A DNA stretch of 64,000 nt from a virus (lineage: Duplodnaviria; Heunggongvirae; Uroviricota; Caudoviricetes). This document shows positions 56,235 through 64,000 of this stretch, in pieces (positions within the stretch are counted from its first letter, which is position 1; the number at the start of each line of letters is the position of its first letter). The stretch lies in IMG/VR virus record IMGVR_UViG_3300026980_000004. One strand, 5' to 3'. The notes below the pieces were generated by a model that was not told the origin of the DNA, made no database searches, and saw nothing but the letters and a program-made list of their open reading frames with translations. A program made the position numbers and the translations under genes.

Positions 56235-56717
56235 ATGGATTTAATTAAAATAATAAAAGAGGAATACAATAAACTTGGAAGGGGTGCATTTGGTAGTGTA
56301 TATAAAAAGAATGGTTTTGCACATAAATTAACTAGTGATTTTGAAGAGGCCGTATTAAGTCAAATAATAAAAGATCGTCAACATAAGTTATCGACATTTC
56401 CAAAAATATATAAAATATTTTCGGATAAAAAAATGGATAAATTTGTTATTATAAGAGAATTGGTTCAATCATTGAAAAAACCAACAGAAATTGCTAGAAT
56501 TGATGCTAATATTTATAAAATTAGAAGTTATGTGAATACTGGTAATAAGATATGATTGAGGGATATAGAAAATTCTGGTCTTCCAGATAAATTTATTGAG
56601 TTTATAAAAAATTTACGTGAAGATGTTATTAAATTAAATACTAAATTTTTTATTGATATACATTCTGGTAATATTGGTATTAATAAAAATGGTGACTATA
56701 TATTATTTGATTATTAA
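56235..56717 (+). pseudogene. Protein-kinase-like gene interrupted by an in-frame TGA (56553-56555)
   Basis: GRGAFGSVYK...HK before the stop; in frame after it DIHSGNIG...LFDY*. Confidence 0.7.
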
Positions 56718-56736
56718 TATATACTCACCATTTATT

Positions 56737-57240
56737 TTATTTAATCCATTTTTTTAAATCTGCAGGACTATATTTTATTGATTTAAGTACCTTATGATCA
56801 TCACGTCTAAATACAACCCATTTTCCATTTACATTTTCTTTATATGTCGATACTCCCTTATCTTCATAATTATATATTGTATCATTCGCTTCTGCTTGTG
56901 ATGTACACGCTTTACTCATATTAGATCTATGTACTTCATCGAACATATCATCAAAAATATCCTTCATACCAAATTCTAATACCGCACCAGACAATACATA
57001 TTGTAGGTCACATAAAGCATCTGCGACTTCAACCAAATCTTCGTTAATTATTGCATCTCTTAATTCATTTAATTCCTCTTGAATTAAATCAATTCTTAAT
57101 TTAGCTCTTGATACTTGGGCCAATTGTGGGGTATCTAATACTGGTGCTTTAAATGTTTTTTGAAATTCTTCAACGCTTTTTAAATAATTATTCTTTTTAC
57201 CACTATCCATATTTATGTTGTTAAAATAATATACACTCAT
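56737..57240 (-). CDS. MazG-like NTP pyrophosphohydrolase (PRA-PH/DR2231 type)
   Basis: LIQEELNEL...EVADALCDLQYV...EVHRSNMSK...KVLK. Confidence 0.85.
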   Translation of the reverse strand: MSVYYFNNINMDSGKKNNYLKSVEEFQKTFKAPVLDTPQLAQVSRAKLRIDLIQEELNELRDAIINEDLVEVADALCDLQYVLSGAVLEFGMKDIFDDMFDEVHRSNMSKACTSQAEANDTIYNYEDKGVSTYKENVNGKWVVFRRDDHKVLKSIKYSPADLKKWIK

Positions 57241-57281
57241 TTTTTTATTTGTTTTTCGTTACAAAGATAATCAAAAAAAAA

Positions 57282-57935
57282 TTAATATGTGTAAATATTT
57301 AAAATTTTATATTCTTTATCTAGTGCCATTAATGCAATTTCAACTTCTTTTAAACATTCGTTTATACCACCACCAGTTAAAACAATATTTGATTTATTTC
57401 TTAAGAAGTCCATTAAATCTGGTATATTAATACAATCACCCGCAAATTCCATTAAATCTCTAATATCTTCATCACCATATTGATTAACAAAATCATCCCA
57501 AAGTTCTTGTTCGTCTAATTCTCTAGAATCATTGATATTATTTTCTATCATGAATTTAATTAAATTTACAATCTGATCATGGTCAATCCCTTCGTCCATA
57601 CAAAATCTAAAAAATGCATATCCTTTATCATAAAATGTTGCATTATTAATTACATCATCATTCAACCCATTTTCATATAACCAATTTATATATTCTTGTT
57701 CACTTGGAAACCCAAGATCTGGACCATTAAATAAAAAAATAATATTATTATTTTGATAATTTTTGTTTAAAAATTCAATCCAATCATTTAGAAAATATTT
57801 AAAACCATCCTCATATTCTGGTTGTATATCAACATTAATAATCGTTTTTCCAGATAAATTTACGGATTCATTAATATATTTTTTTCTTTTTAATTCTTTA
57901 TTATATTCTTCTTTGATAATTTTAGATAATTTCAT
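57282..57935 (-). CDS. Isochorismatase/cysteine-hydrolase-like protein
   Basis: IINVDIQPEY...DKGY...IVLTGGGINECLKEV. Confidence 0.5.
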   Translation of the reverse strand: MKLSKIIKEEYNKELKRKKYINESVNLSGKTIINVDIQPEYEDGFKYFLNDWIEFLNKNYQNNNIIFLFNGPDLGFPSEQEYINWLYENGLNDDVINNATFYDKGYAFFRFCMDEGIDHDQIVNLIKFMIENNINDSRELDEQELWDDFVNQYGDEDIRDLMEFAGDCINIPDLMDFLRNKSNIVLTGGGINECLKEVEIALMALDKEYKILNIYTY

Positions 57936-58441
57936 TATTTAGTCATAATTGAACCATAATTTTTAATTTTTTCTACCTCTTTAAAACCATATTTATTTTT
58001 TAAAATATTTACCATAATTGGGTTTATGGCTTCAATTTTAATTGGTAATTTTTCATCTTCGACAATATCATTTCTATATTCATATTCGTTCATTGCTTGA
58101 TCGATTAGAATATAACTCAATCCTTTATTTCTATATTTTTGATCGATGGCAATATCAAAAGAGAATTCATCTAGGTCATTATTAACCCATAATGCGCCAG
58201 CAACTGTTAATGTATCTAGATTTAAAATAATTCCTGTTAATTCTTTATTTCTTAATATACCGATATTTGAATTCTTTGCAATTTCATCAGCTTGATCAGA
58301 TAGATCATAAATATCTAAATCTAAATCGTCTAATTCTTCATTTTCATTATCAAAATCAATTGAAAAATATTTATATTCTTTATTAATATCTTCGGTAATA
58401 ATATTATTATATTCTTCTTTAATTATTTTATTAATATCCAT
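57935..58441 (-). CDS. GNAT acetyltransferase-like protein
   Basis: FDIAIDQKYRNKGLSYILI...NP...KYGFKEV. Confidence 0.7.
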   Translation of the reverse strand: MDINKIIKEEYNNIITEDINKEYKYFSIDFDNENEELDDLDLDIYDLSDQADEIAKNSNIGILRNKELTGIILNLDTLTVAGALWVNNDLDEFSFDIAIDQKYRNKGLSYILIDQAMNEYEYRNDIVEDEKLPIKIEAINPIMVNILKNKYGFKEVEKIKNYGSIMTK

Positions 58442-58830
58442 ATAATATAAATAGTTTACCTAATTATTTCATTAATATTAATATTTCCATTTTCAACCAA
58501 TTCATTAAACCTTTCAAATACTAAATCGAGTGTATCGTATGAATTTAGTTTTTTTGTTTCAATTTGATATTCCAATTCTTTTTTCGAATTTAGCATAAAT
58601 TGAAATATTACATTTGCCATTTCATCTGATTTATTATATCTTTTAAAATCCATTAAATCATCTGGATCAGTTAAATCGAATATTAATTTCGCTTTCATAT
58701 CTTTTCTGTTTTAATAATTTCGCACTCAATCCCAAACTTAACATCATTTATTGTTTTAAACATATATATTTTATATGTGACAAATTCATTATCTGCAGTT
58801 ATTTCTGTTATTATATGATCATTAATATTG

Positions 58831-59322
58831 TTACCTCTTTTTATTGTCGTTTTCATTATCTCTACATTTTTCACATAAATTATATATCCAATATTTACCA
58901 AATATTTCTACATTTTCTTTTGAACCACAAGATTCACATGTATTTTCACATTCTTTAATTGCAGTATTAACAATTTCTTCAACCTCTTGTGAAAAATACC
59001 CATATACCCTTAATTCGGCATATTTATCTTTAATATCTATTACCATTTGATTTTTTGTTAGATATTTTCTAAGTTTATCAAATGAATCGTATTTAACACG
59101 AACAACTGTATTACCTGTGGCCAAATAATGTATTAACCTTTTAACGAATAAAGGTAGATACTTTTGTGGCCACATTTGTTTTTCAATATCAATAATCATA
59201 TTATTGACAATATTTTTCCAACCATTTGGTACTCCAGGATATGAATATCCGATGTGTCTATATTTTTCAAAAATTGTTTTTGGAAAAAATATACTACGAA
59301 TATCTTCTATTAATCTATTCAT
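58831..59322 (-). CDS. Conserved-type phage hypothetical protein with C-terminal Zn ribbon
   Basis: GW..IV; IKDKYAELRVY; CESCG...LCEKC. Confidence 0.6.
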   Translation of the reverse strand: MNRLIEDIRSIFFPKTIFEKYRHIGYSYPGVPNGWKNIVNNMIIDIEKQMWPQKYLPLFVKRLIHYLATGNTVVRVKYDSFDKLRKYLTKNQMVIDIKDKYAELRVYGYFSQEVEEIVNTAIKECENTCESCGSKENVEIFGKYWIYNLCEKCRDNENDNKKR

Positions 59323-59698
59323 TATATTTTTTATAATTATTTAGTAAATCTTCAATATTTTTTTTACCAACTGGATTCATGGAATGTACATAAAATTCTG
59401 GTAATTTAAGATTATTATCCATACAATATTCAATCAAAAACTTTGCACAATCATATCCAGTTTTTTCGTTTATTTTGTTTGAATCATCCCAAAAACTACC
59501 AATTGAATAATAATCATCAGCTAAATCATGGTCGAACGATATAAATTTAGGTAATCCGAGTTTTTTAATATGATTTATGAATTCAACATAGGATCTAACC
59601 ACATCCCATTCTTTTTCTATAAATGGTAAGTATTTGGTATATCCATATGCGTGAATTGGATTACGGATATCGTCTAAAAATAGATATAAATTTTTCAT
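59315..59698 (-). CDS. Cyclic-phosphate-processing receiver-like domain protein
   Basis: LFLDDIR...ISFDHDL...TGYDCAK...HSMNPVG. Confidence 0.75.
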   Translation of the reverse strand: MKNLYLFLDDIRNPIHAYGYTKYLPFIEKEWDVVRSYVEFINHIKKLGLPKFISFDHDLADDYYSIGSFWDDSNKINEKTGYDCAKFLIEYCMDNNLKLPEFYVHSMNPVGKKNIEDLLNNYKKYNE

Positions 59699-59735
59699 AA
59701 AACAAAGATAGGAAAAAAATGGAAAAAATAATAAT

Positions 59736-60050
59736 TTATTTTACAAAAACAGGTTTTTTACCTTTAGATTTTGAAACCGCTTTTCTTTTTCTAGAGGTCG
59801 CATTCTTTTTTTCCTTATCTGTCATTTTATTTGCCTTAGCTTGTGGTCTACATTTAGGATATGCTCTTTTACCAGATTTACCTCTTGATTTATCACCTGC
59901 AGATGCACCGCATTCTGGATGTTTACCTGATTTATCTTTTCTGGATATATCTACCCATTTTTCATTATTGAACCATTTTCCGAGTCCGCTATCTTTATAC
60001 ACTTGTTCGTATAATAAATCTTGTATTATTTCTTTGATTTCTTCTTCCAT
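59736..60050 (-). CDS. Basic phage hypothetical protein
   Basis: GLGKWFNNEKWVDI...CG...YPKCRP. Confidence 0.65.
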   Translation of the reverse strand: MEEEIKEIIQDLLYEQVYKDSGLGKWFNNEKWVDISRKDKSGKHPECGASAGDKSRGKSGKRAYPKCRPQAKANKMTDKEKKNATSRKRKAVSKSKGKKPVFVK

Positions 60051-60241
60051 GTCCCTCCTAATTCTTTATATTTTTTTGCAGCCCAAGCATTTGAATAAGC
60101 ACTGGGATACACTTTAAATTTCTTTTTTGCTTGAGATTTCGCATACGCCCATTTTTGCTTATCGTTCGGTTCATTTTTACCTTCGGTAATCTCAATGATT
60201 TCAATACTTTCTTCTATTATTTTATCCCAATCAGAATTCAT
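60026..60241 (-). CDS. Basic phage hypothetical protein (DUF5872-like)
   Basis: AKKKFKVYPSAYSNAWAAKKYKELGGTW. Confidence 0.6.
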   Translation of the reverse strand: MNSDWDKIIEESIEIIEITEGKNEPNDKQKWAYAKSQAKKKFKVYPSAYSNAWAAKKYKELGGTWKKKSKK

Positions 60242-60591
60242 ATTTTTATATATAAATAGTTCTGTAAAATATGGAAATTTATCCATTTAATACATTTTTT
60301 TCCTAATTCAACGACACTTGCGTTGCAAATGCAACGTTTTACATTGTCTCCAAAGGCTTAAATTCGGGTGAACCCAACCCTATTTTATATATAAATACTG
60401 AATAAATTTATAAATATCTCAATAAATATCTAATTTTTAAATAAAGTTTTATTATACTTACAAAAAAAGAGATGTATTTGTTTACATCTCTTTGTATTAT
60501 TAATCATTCATTATCTAATCATAATATGGTTTTTATATGATTAATCATTCATTATCTATTCAAAACCACATCAACAATCCATATTCTTTTT

Positions 60592-61272
60592 TTAGTCATT
60601 TCTTTTTGTTAAAATCCCGTCAATAGCACCATATTCCAATGCTTCTTGTGATGTCAACCAATAATCTCTGTCACAATCCTTTTCAATCTTTTCGTAAGGT
60701 TGTCCTGTATTATGGGAAATTGTTTGGTATAATTCTGTTTTTAATTTATTTATTTCTTTTACGGTAATCTCCATATCAGAAGCTTGCGTTCCTGGGGAAA
60801 TTCCACTCATTGGTTGATGTTGCATTAATCTTGCATTTTTTAATGCAAATCTTTTACCTTTTGTTCCTGATGTTGAAATTACAAAAGCCATTGAAGCTGC
60901 CATTCCTGTTACTATTGTTGATATATCTGGTGTAATATATTCCATAACGTTTTGGATAGAATACCCTGCATGTACTCCGCCCCCTCCTGAATTAATGAGC
61001 ATTTTAATATCTTCTTTTTTGTCAGCATTTTCAAGAAACAATAATTGTGCAACAATAATATTAGCAATATTGTCATCAATTGCCGTCCCCAAAAAAATTG
61101 TTCTATCCATTATCAATCTTGAAAAGACATCAATTTCTCTAAAATTTTGTGGTCTTTCTTCAATTACAGATCTTGTCATATTTTCGATATGAGTTGTATA
61201 TCTGTCAATATTACTACCTGCAATTCCCTGATTATGTACTGCAAATTTTCTAAAATCTTCGTTTATATTCAT
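60592..61272 (-). CDS. clpP: ATP-dependent Clp protease proteolytic subunit
   Basis: DVFSRLIMDRTIFLG...AQLLFL...INSGGG...GMAASM...MQHQP...DRDYWL...EYGAIDGI. Confidence 0.95.
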   Translation of the reverse strand: MNINEDFRKFAVHNQGIAGSNIDRYTTHIENMTRSVIEERPQNFREIDVFSRLIMDRTIFLGTAIDDNIANIIVAQLLFLENADKKEDIKMLINSGGGGVHAGYSIQNVMEYITPDISTIVTGMAASMAFVISTSGTKGKRFALKNARLMQHQPMSGISPGTQASDMEITVKEINKLKTELYQTISHNTGQPYEKIEKDCDRDYWLTSQEALEYGAIDGILTKRND

Positions 61273-61570
61273 TCTGTATCAATATTTGTATTAGTTTTTA
61301 CTACTTTTAATAATAAATCATCGTATTCAATAACATCATAAAAAATATTTACAATCACAGGAAGCCTTGAGATATTTGTAAAGTCATTGATAGTAAAACT
61401 AATTTTATCATTCGGTGATATATCTAACCCTTTTCTAATATAGAAGATATCACCACCAATTAACATTGGTTTGGAAGTGAAACTACTATCAGTTGTTTGT
61501 TTTGTTGTAACGTATTTGTTTTCAAATTCGTTAAATGATTCTTCTTTAATTTTGTGATTTTTCATTTTTT

Positions 61571-61897
61571 TTATTGTTCAACTATATAAACTATTGGTAT
61601 ATTATTTTCTTCTGCGTATTTAATTTCCATTTGAATTCCTTTTGAATTAATCCAACCATCCATTTTATAAACATACATAATATCCGATTTTGATAATAAA
61701 TCTAAGCAAAAATTTTCCCAAAATTTAAAATCAGTTGGCATTTTTTTATATTTTAATAATGAGTGTCCATATGTGATTGGTGAAATAGCAACATGTCCTT
61801 TTGAAACTAAATCTGCCACATATTTGGTTACCTTTTCATATCTTTCTTCTCTTATTTTTCCATCTTCATGGCTGTAAGGTGATGCTACGTAAATCAT
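61571..61897 (-). CDS. DUF1937 / nucleoside deoxyribosyltransferase-like protein
   Basis: IYVASPYS...SPITYGH...GWINSKGIQMEI. Confidence 0.75.
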   Translation of the reverse strand: MIYVASPYSHEDGKIREERYEKVTKYVADLVSKGHVAISPITYGHSLLKYKKMPTDFKFWENFCLDLLSKSDIMYVYKMDGWINSKGIQMEIKYAEENNIPIVYIVEQ

Positions 61898-63374
61898 CTC
61901 TTTTATTATTTATATTATTATTCAATTCAACTAAATTAATATTATCAATAGTATTATTATATAATCTTTCGTTGGATATTATAATACTAATATTTTTTGC
62001 TCTTGTTAGTGCAGTATATATTGATTGTGATTTTTCTTTATTACCAGTTGGTTTTACTGACATTATATCTTGTTCATGAATAATTGCAATATCATATGTG
62101 GAACCTTGTGCCTTATGAATTGTAATCGCATATGCATAATCAATATTTGGAAATCTTTTTTTAGCTTCCCAAGCATCTTCTAATTTTTTACGATATAGGT
62201 CATATAATTCTTTAAGTTCTTTTTTTGATGAATTTTTTTCATTTTCAGAAATGAAATTTTTTACTTTAAATGCGATATTAAATTTATTTTTAATGATTTT
62301 TTCATAGTCGTTATATGAATCTGGATGTAATAAATTTAGTTGTTCAATTCTATCATCAACAACAATATCTATTGAATACAATTTAATATTATCAATTTTA
62401 TCAATAAAGGGGTCATATTTTTTAACGATTTGATATTCTGATGAATTTTCATAATCACCAAAATTATCATTAAAAATAATTGTTTCACCACTTTCAAAAG
62501 TATTTGAATTTTTACCAAAGAAATATTCGTGAATATATTTATTTATTGAATTTCTAGTATTATTTTTATATGTTAAAAATTTAACGAGATTTGAATTTTT
62601 ATTTTTTATTTGTTTTTCATATAGTTCTAATATTTGTTTGAATATTTCTTTTGTTTCGTTTACGAATATAATAGATCCCTTATCATTAATAATAGTATTT
62701 CTATATTTTATATTGGCTGGATTTTTTAGTGGTGATTCGTTTTGTGTATTTTCCCAGAAGAAATCCGCAAATGGTAATATTGGTGATTCTTCACCTTGTC
62801 TAACTCTTTTTAATAATTTAACTTTATTTTTAGTATTAAATATTGGTGAATTTTTTGATAGGTCAATATCGTTCCATTCACAATAATATGGATTTGATTT
62901 TGTTCTAATTGGTGGTAATTGTCCGATATCGCCTAAAAATATTAGTTTTGCATTTTTTTTCTTTTCTTTAAATAATAATTCAATCATTTCTTCATTTACC
63001 ATAGAAGCTTCATCAATTATTACGATATCGTAGTTATTTAATTTATTTACATTGGAACCCTTTGTATATATTTTTTTAAATGTACCAGTTTCTAAATCTA
63101 ACTGCATCGAAAGCATTCCTGCTATTGATGAGTAGTCTATTTTAATTTTTTCACGACTACTTTCAATTGATTCACGAATAACATATTTAGCTTTATGTGA
63201 TAAAGCACCTGCAATTATTTTTTTATGTTTAAATTTTTTTATAACTTCTTTAATAACAGTAGTTTTACCTGTACCTGCTTTACCTTCAATTAAAAAATAT
63301 TCGCTAGAATTTCCTTGTTTAATAAAATTAATACATGATTCAATCGCATTTAATTGTTCTTCGTTATAGACCAT
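61866..63374 (-). CDS. Dda/RecD-like SF1B DNA helicase
   Basis: GKAGTGKT, IIDEASM, GDIGQLPP, VRQ, YAITIHKAQGST, YTALTRA. Confidence 0.9.
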   Translation of the reverse strand: MVYNEEQLNAIESCINFIKQGNSSEYFLIEGKAGTGKTTVIKEVIKKFKHKKIIAGALSHKAKYVIRESIESSREKIKIDYSSIAGMLSMQLDLETGTFKKIYTKGSNVNKLNNYDIVIIDEASMVNEEMIELLFKEKKKNAKLIFLGDIGQLPPIRTKSNPYYCEWNDIDLSKNSPIFNTKNKVKLLKRVRQGEESPILPFADFFWENTQNESPLKNPANIKYRNTIINDKGSIIFVNETKEIFKQILELYEKQIKNKNSNLVKFLTYKNNTRNSINKYIHEYFFGKNSNTFESGETIIFNDNFGDYENSSEYQIVKKYDPFIDKIDNIKLYSIDIVVDDRIEQLNLLHPDSYNDYEKIIKNKFNIAFKVKNFISENEKNSSKKELKELYDLYRKKLEDAWEAKKRFPNIDYAYAITIHKAQGSTYDIAIIHEQDIMSVKPTGNKEKSQSIYTALTRAKNISIIISNERLYNNTIDNINLVELNNNINNKRDDLRSITLQP

Positions 63375-63656
63375 ATTATATAATGTGTGAAAAATAAGGA
63401 GGACTTTCAACCCATGTAGCTCTAATTTCCCTTATTTTATTTTATTGTTGTATCCAATTTATTAATTTACTTGAATCCATATCTATCTTAAATTCACTAT
63501 CGTCTGTTTCGGACAATGGTATTTGAAAATAAATTGTTTTCTTTTTATTATCAATAATAACATTACAATAATATAATGCAATATTTTTTTTTATTGATTT
63601 TAGGTGTGCTTCTGGATTATGTTTTATTAGAAATGATTTAATAATATCAATATCCA

Positions 63657-64000
63657 TTATTTACCTTTATAATTATAAACTTCAACAATTTTTGTTTCAA
63701 CAACATCTGGAACTGTAAAATCAACTAGCATATTCGATAAAGATTCTTTAATTCTATCGTATGCTTCTTTTACCGTGTGTGCCTCAACTAGCATATATTG
63801 TGTTACTTTCTTTTCTTTACCCGAATTTTCATCAGCAATAAAATATTGGATTTTACACTTATGCCAAACATATGCATCATTATAAAAAAATACATCCGTA
63901 TAGCTAGTTTTACTCATTGCATCAACTTCGAAATATCCGATTGCTTTTTGTTCGAATTGTTCATACATTCTGCTTTCAGCTTCAGTAAAACTATCAGCAT
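63657..64000 (-). CDS. DUF4494-like protein, 5' partial
   Basis: Duplicated DA.SFTEAE / LVEAHTVKEAY; DENSGKEKK; VETKIVEV. Confidence 0.65.
   Translation of the reverse strand, partial: ADSFTEAESRMYEQFEQKAIGYFEVDAMSKTSYTDVFFYNDAYVWHKCKIQYFIADENSGKEKKVTQYMLVEAHTVKEAYDRIKESLSNMLVDFTVPDVVETKIVEVYNYKGK

Noticed and set aside
1407-62886. Opposite-strand ORFs in the track (e.g. 1407+, 2663+, 6471+, 26436+, 45041-, 49213+, 59719+, 62638+)
   Set aside because: They are shadows of better-supported genes on the other strand, with no motifs.
1-64000. Alternative genetic code (TAG or TGA recoding) as the cause of the short ORFs
   Set aside because: ORFs tile densely under the standard code, long conserved genes are intact, and TGA/TAG end genes at ATGA overlaps. 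Only one in-frame TGA was found.

Overview
This is a very AT-rich segment of a large tailed-phage genome. The host is most likely Bacteroidota: many genes carry the TTTG-N~19-TAnnTTTG sigma70 promoter of that phylum. Most of the window is small hypothetical ORFs on the minus strand. The main discovery is at 1-6990, an integron-like cassette array that runs off the left edge. It has 22 imperfect hairpin sites (attC-like, AAC...CGTT) plus a terminal half-site. The ends of each intervening cassette body complement each other, and match the neighbouring bodies far less well. Unusually, most genes start inside the hairpin loop and translate through one arm, with the core GTT read in frame as Val. 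Two genes lie wholly inside a hairpin loop next to almost empty cassettes. No integrase is present in the window, and a decayed solo site lies at about 32.0 kb. Other content: a tRNA(CAT); a tRNA-Leu(UAA) split by a group I intron; HNH endonucleases; repeated terminator+promoter modules (33-43 kb); an inverted pair of DUF932-like paralogs; a ComM/YifB-like gene lacking its ATPase core; a duplicated candidate structured RNA; an SF2 helicase-methyltransferase fusion; and a cluster of enzyme genes sharing an N-terminal 'IIKEE' motif and an upstream TATTTATA motif. ClpP, a Dda-like helicase and a MazG-like protein are also present. All calls are by eye; no searches were run.
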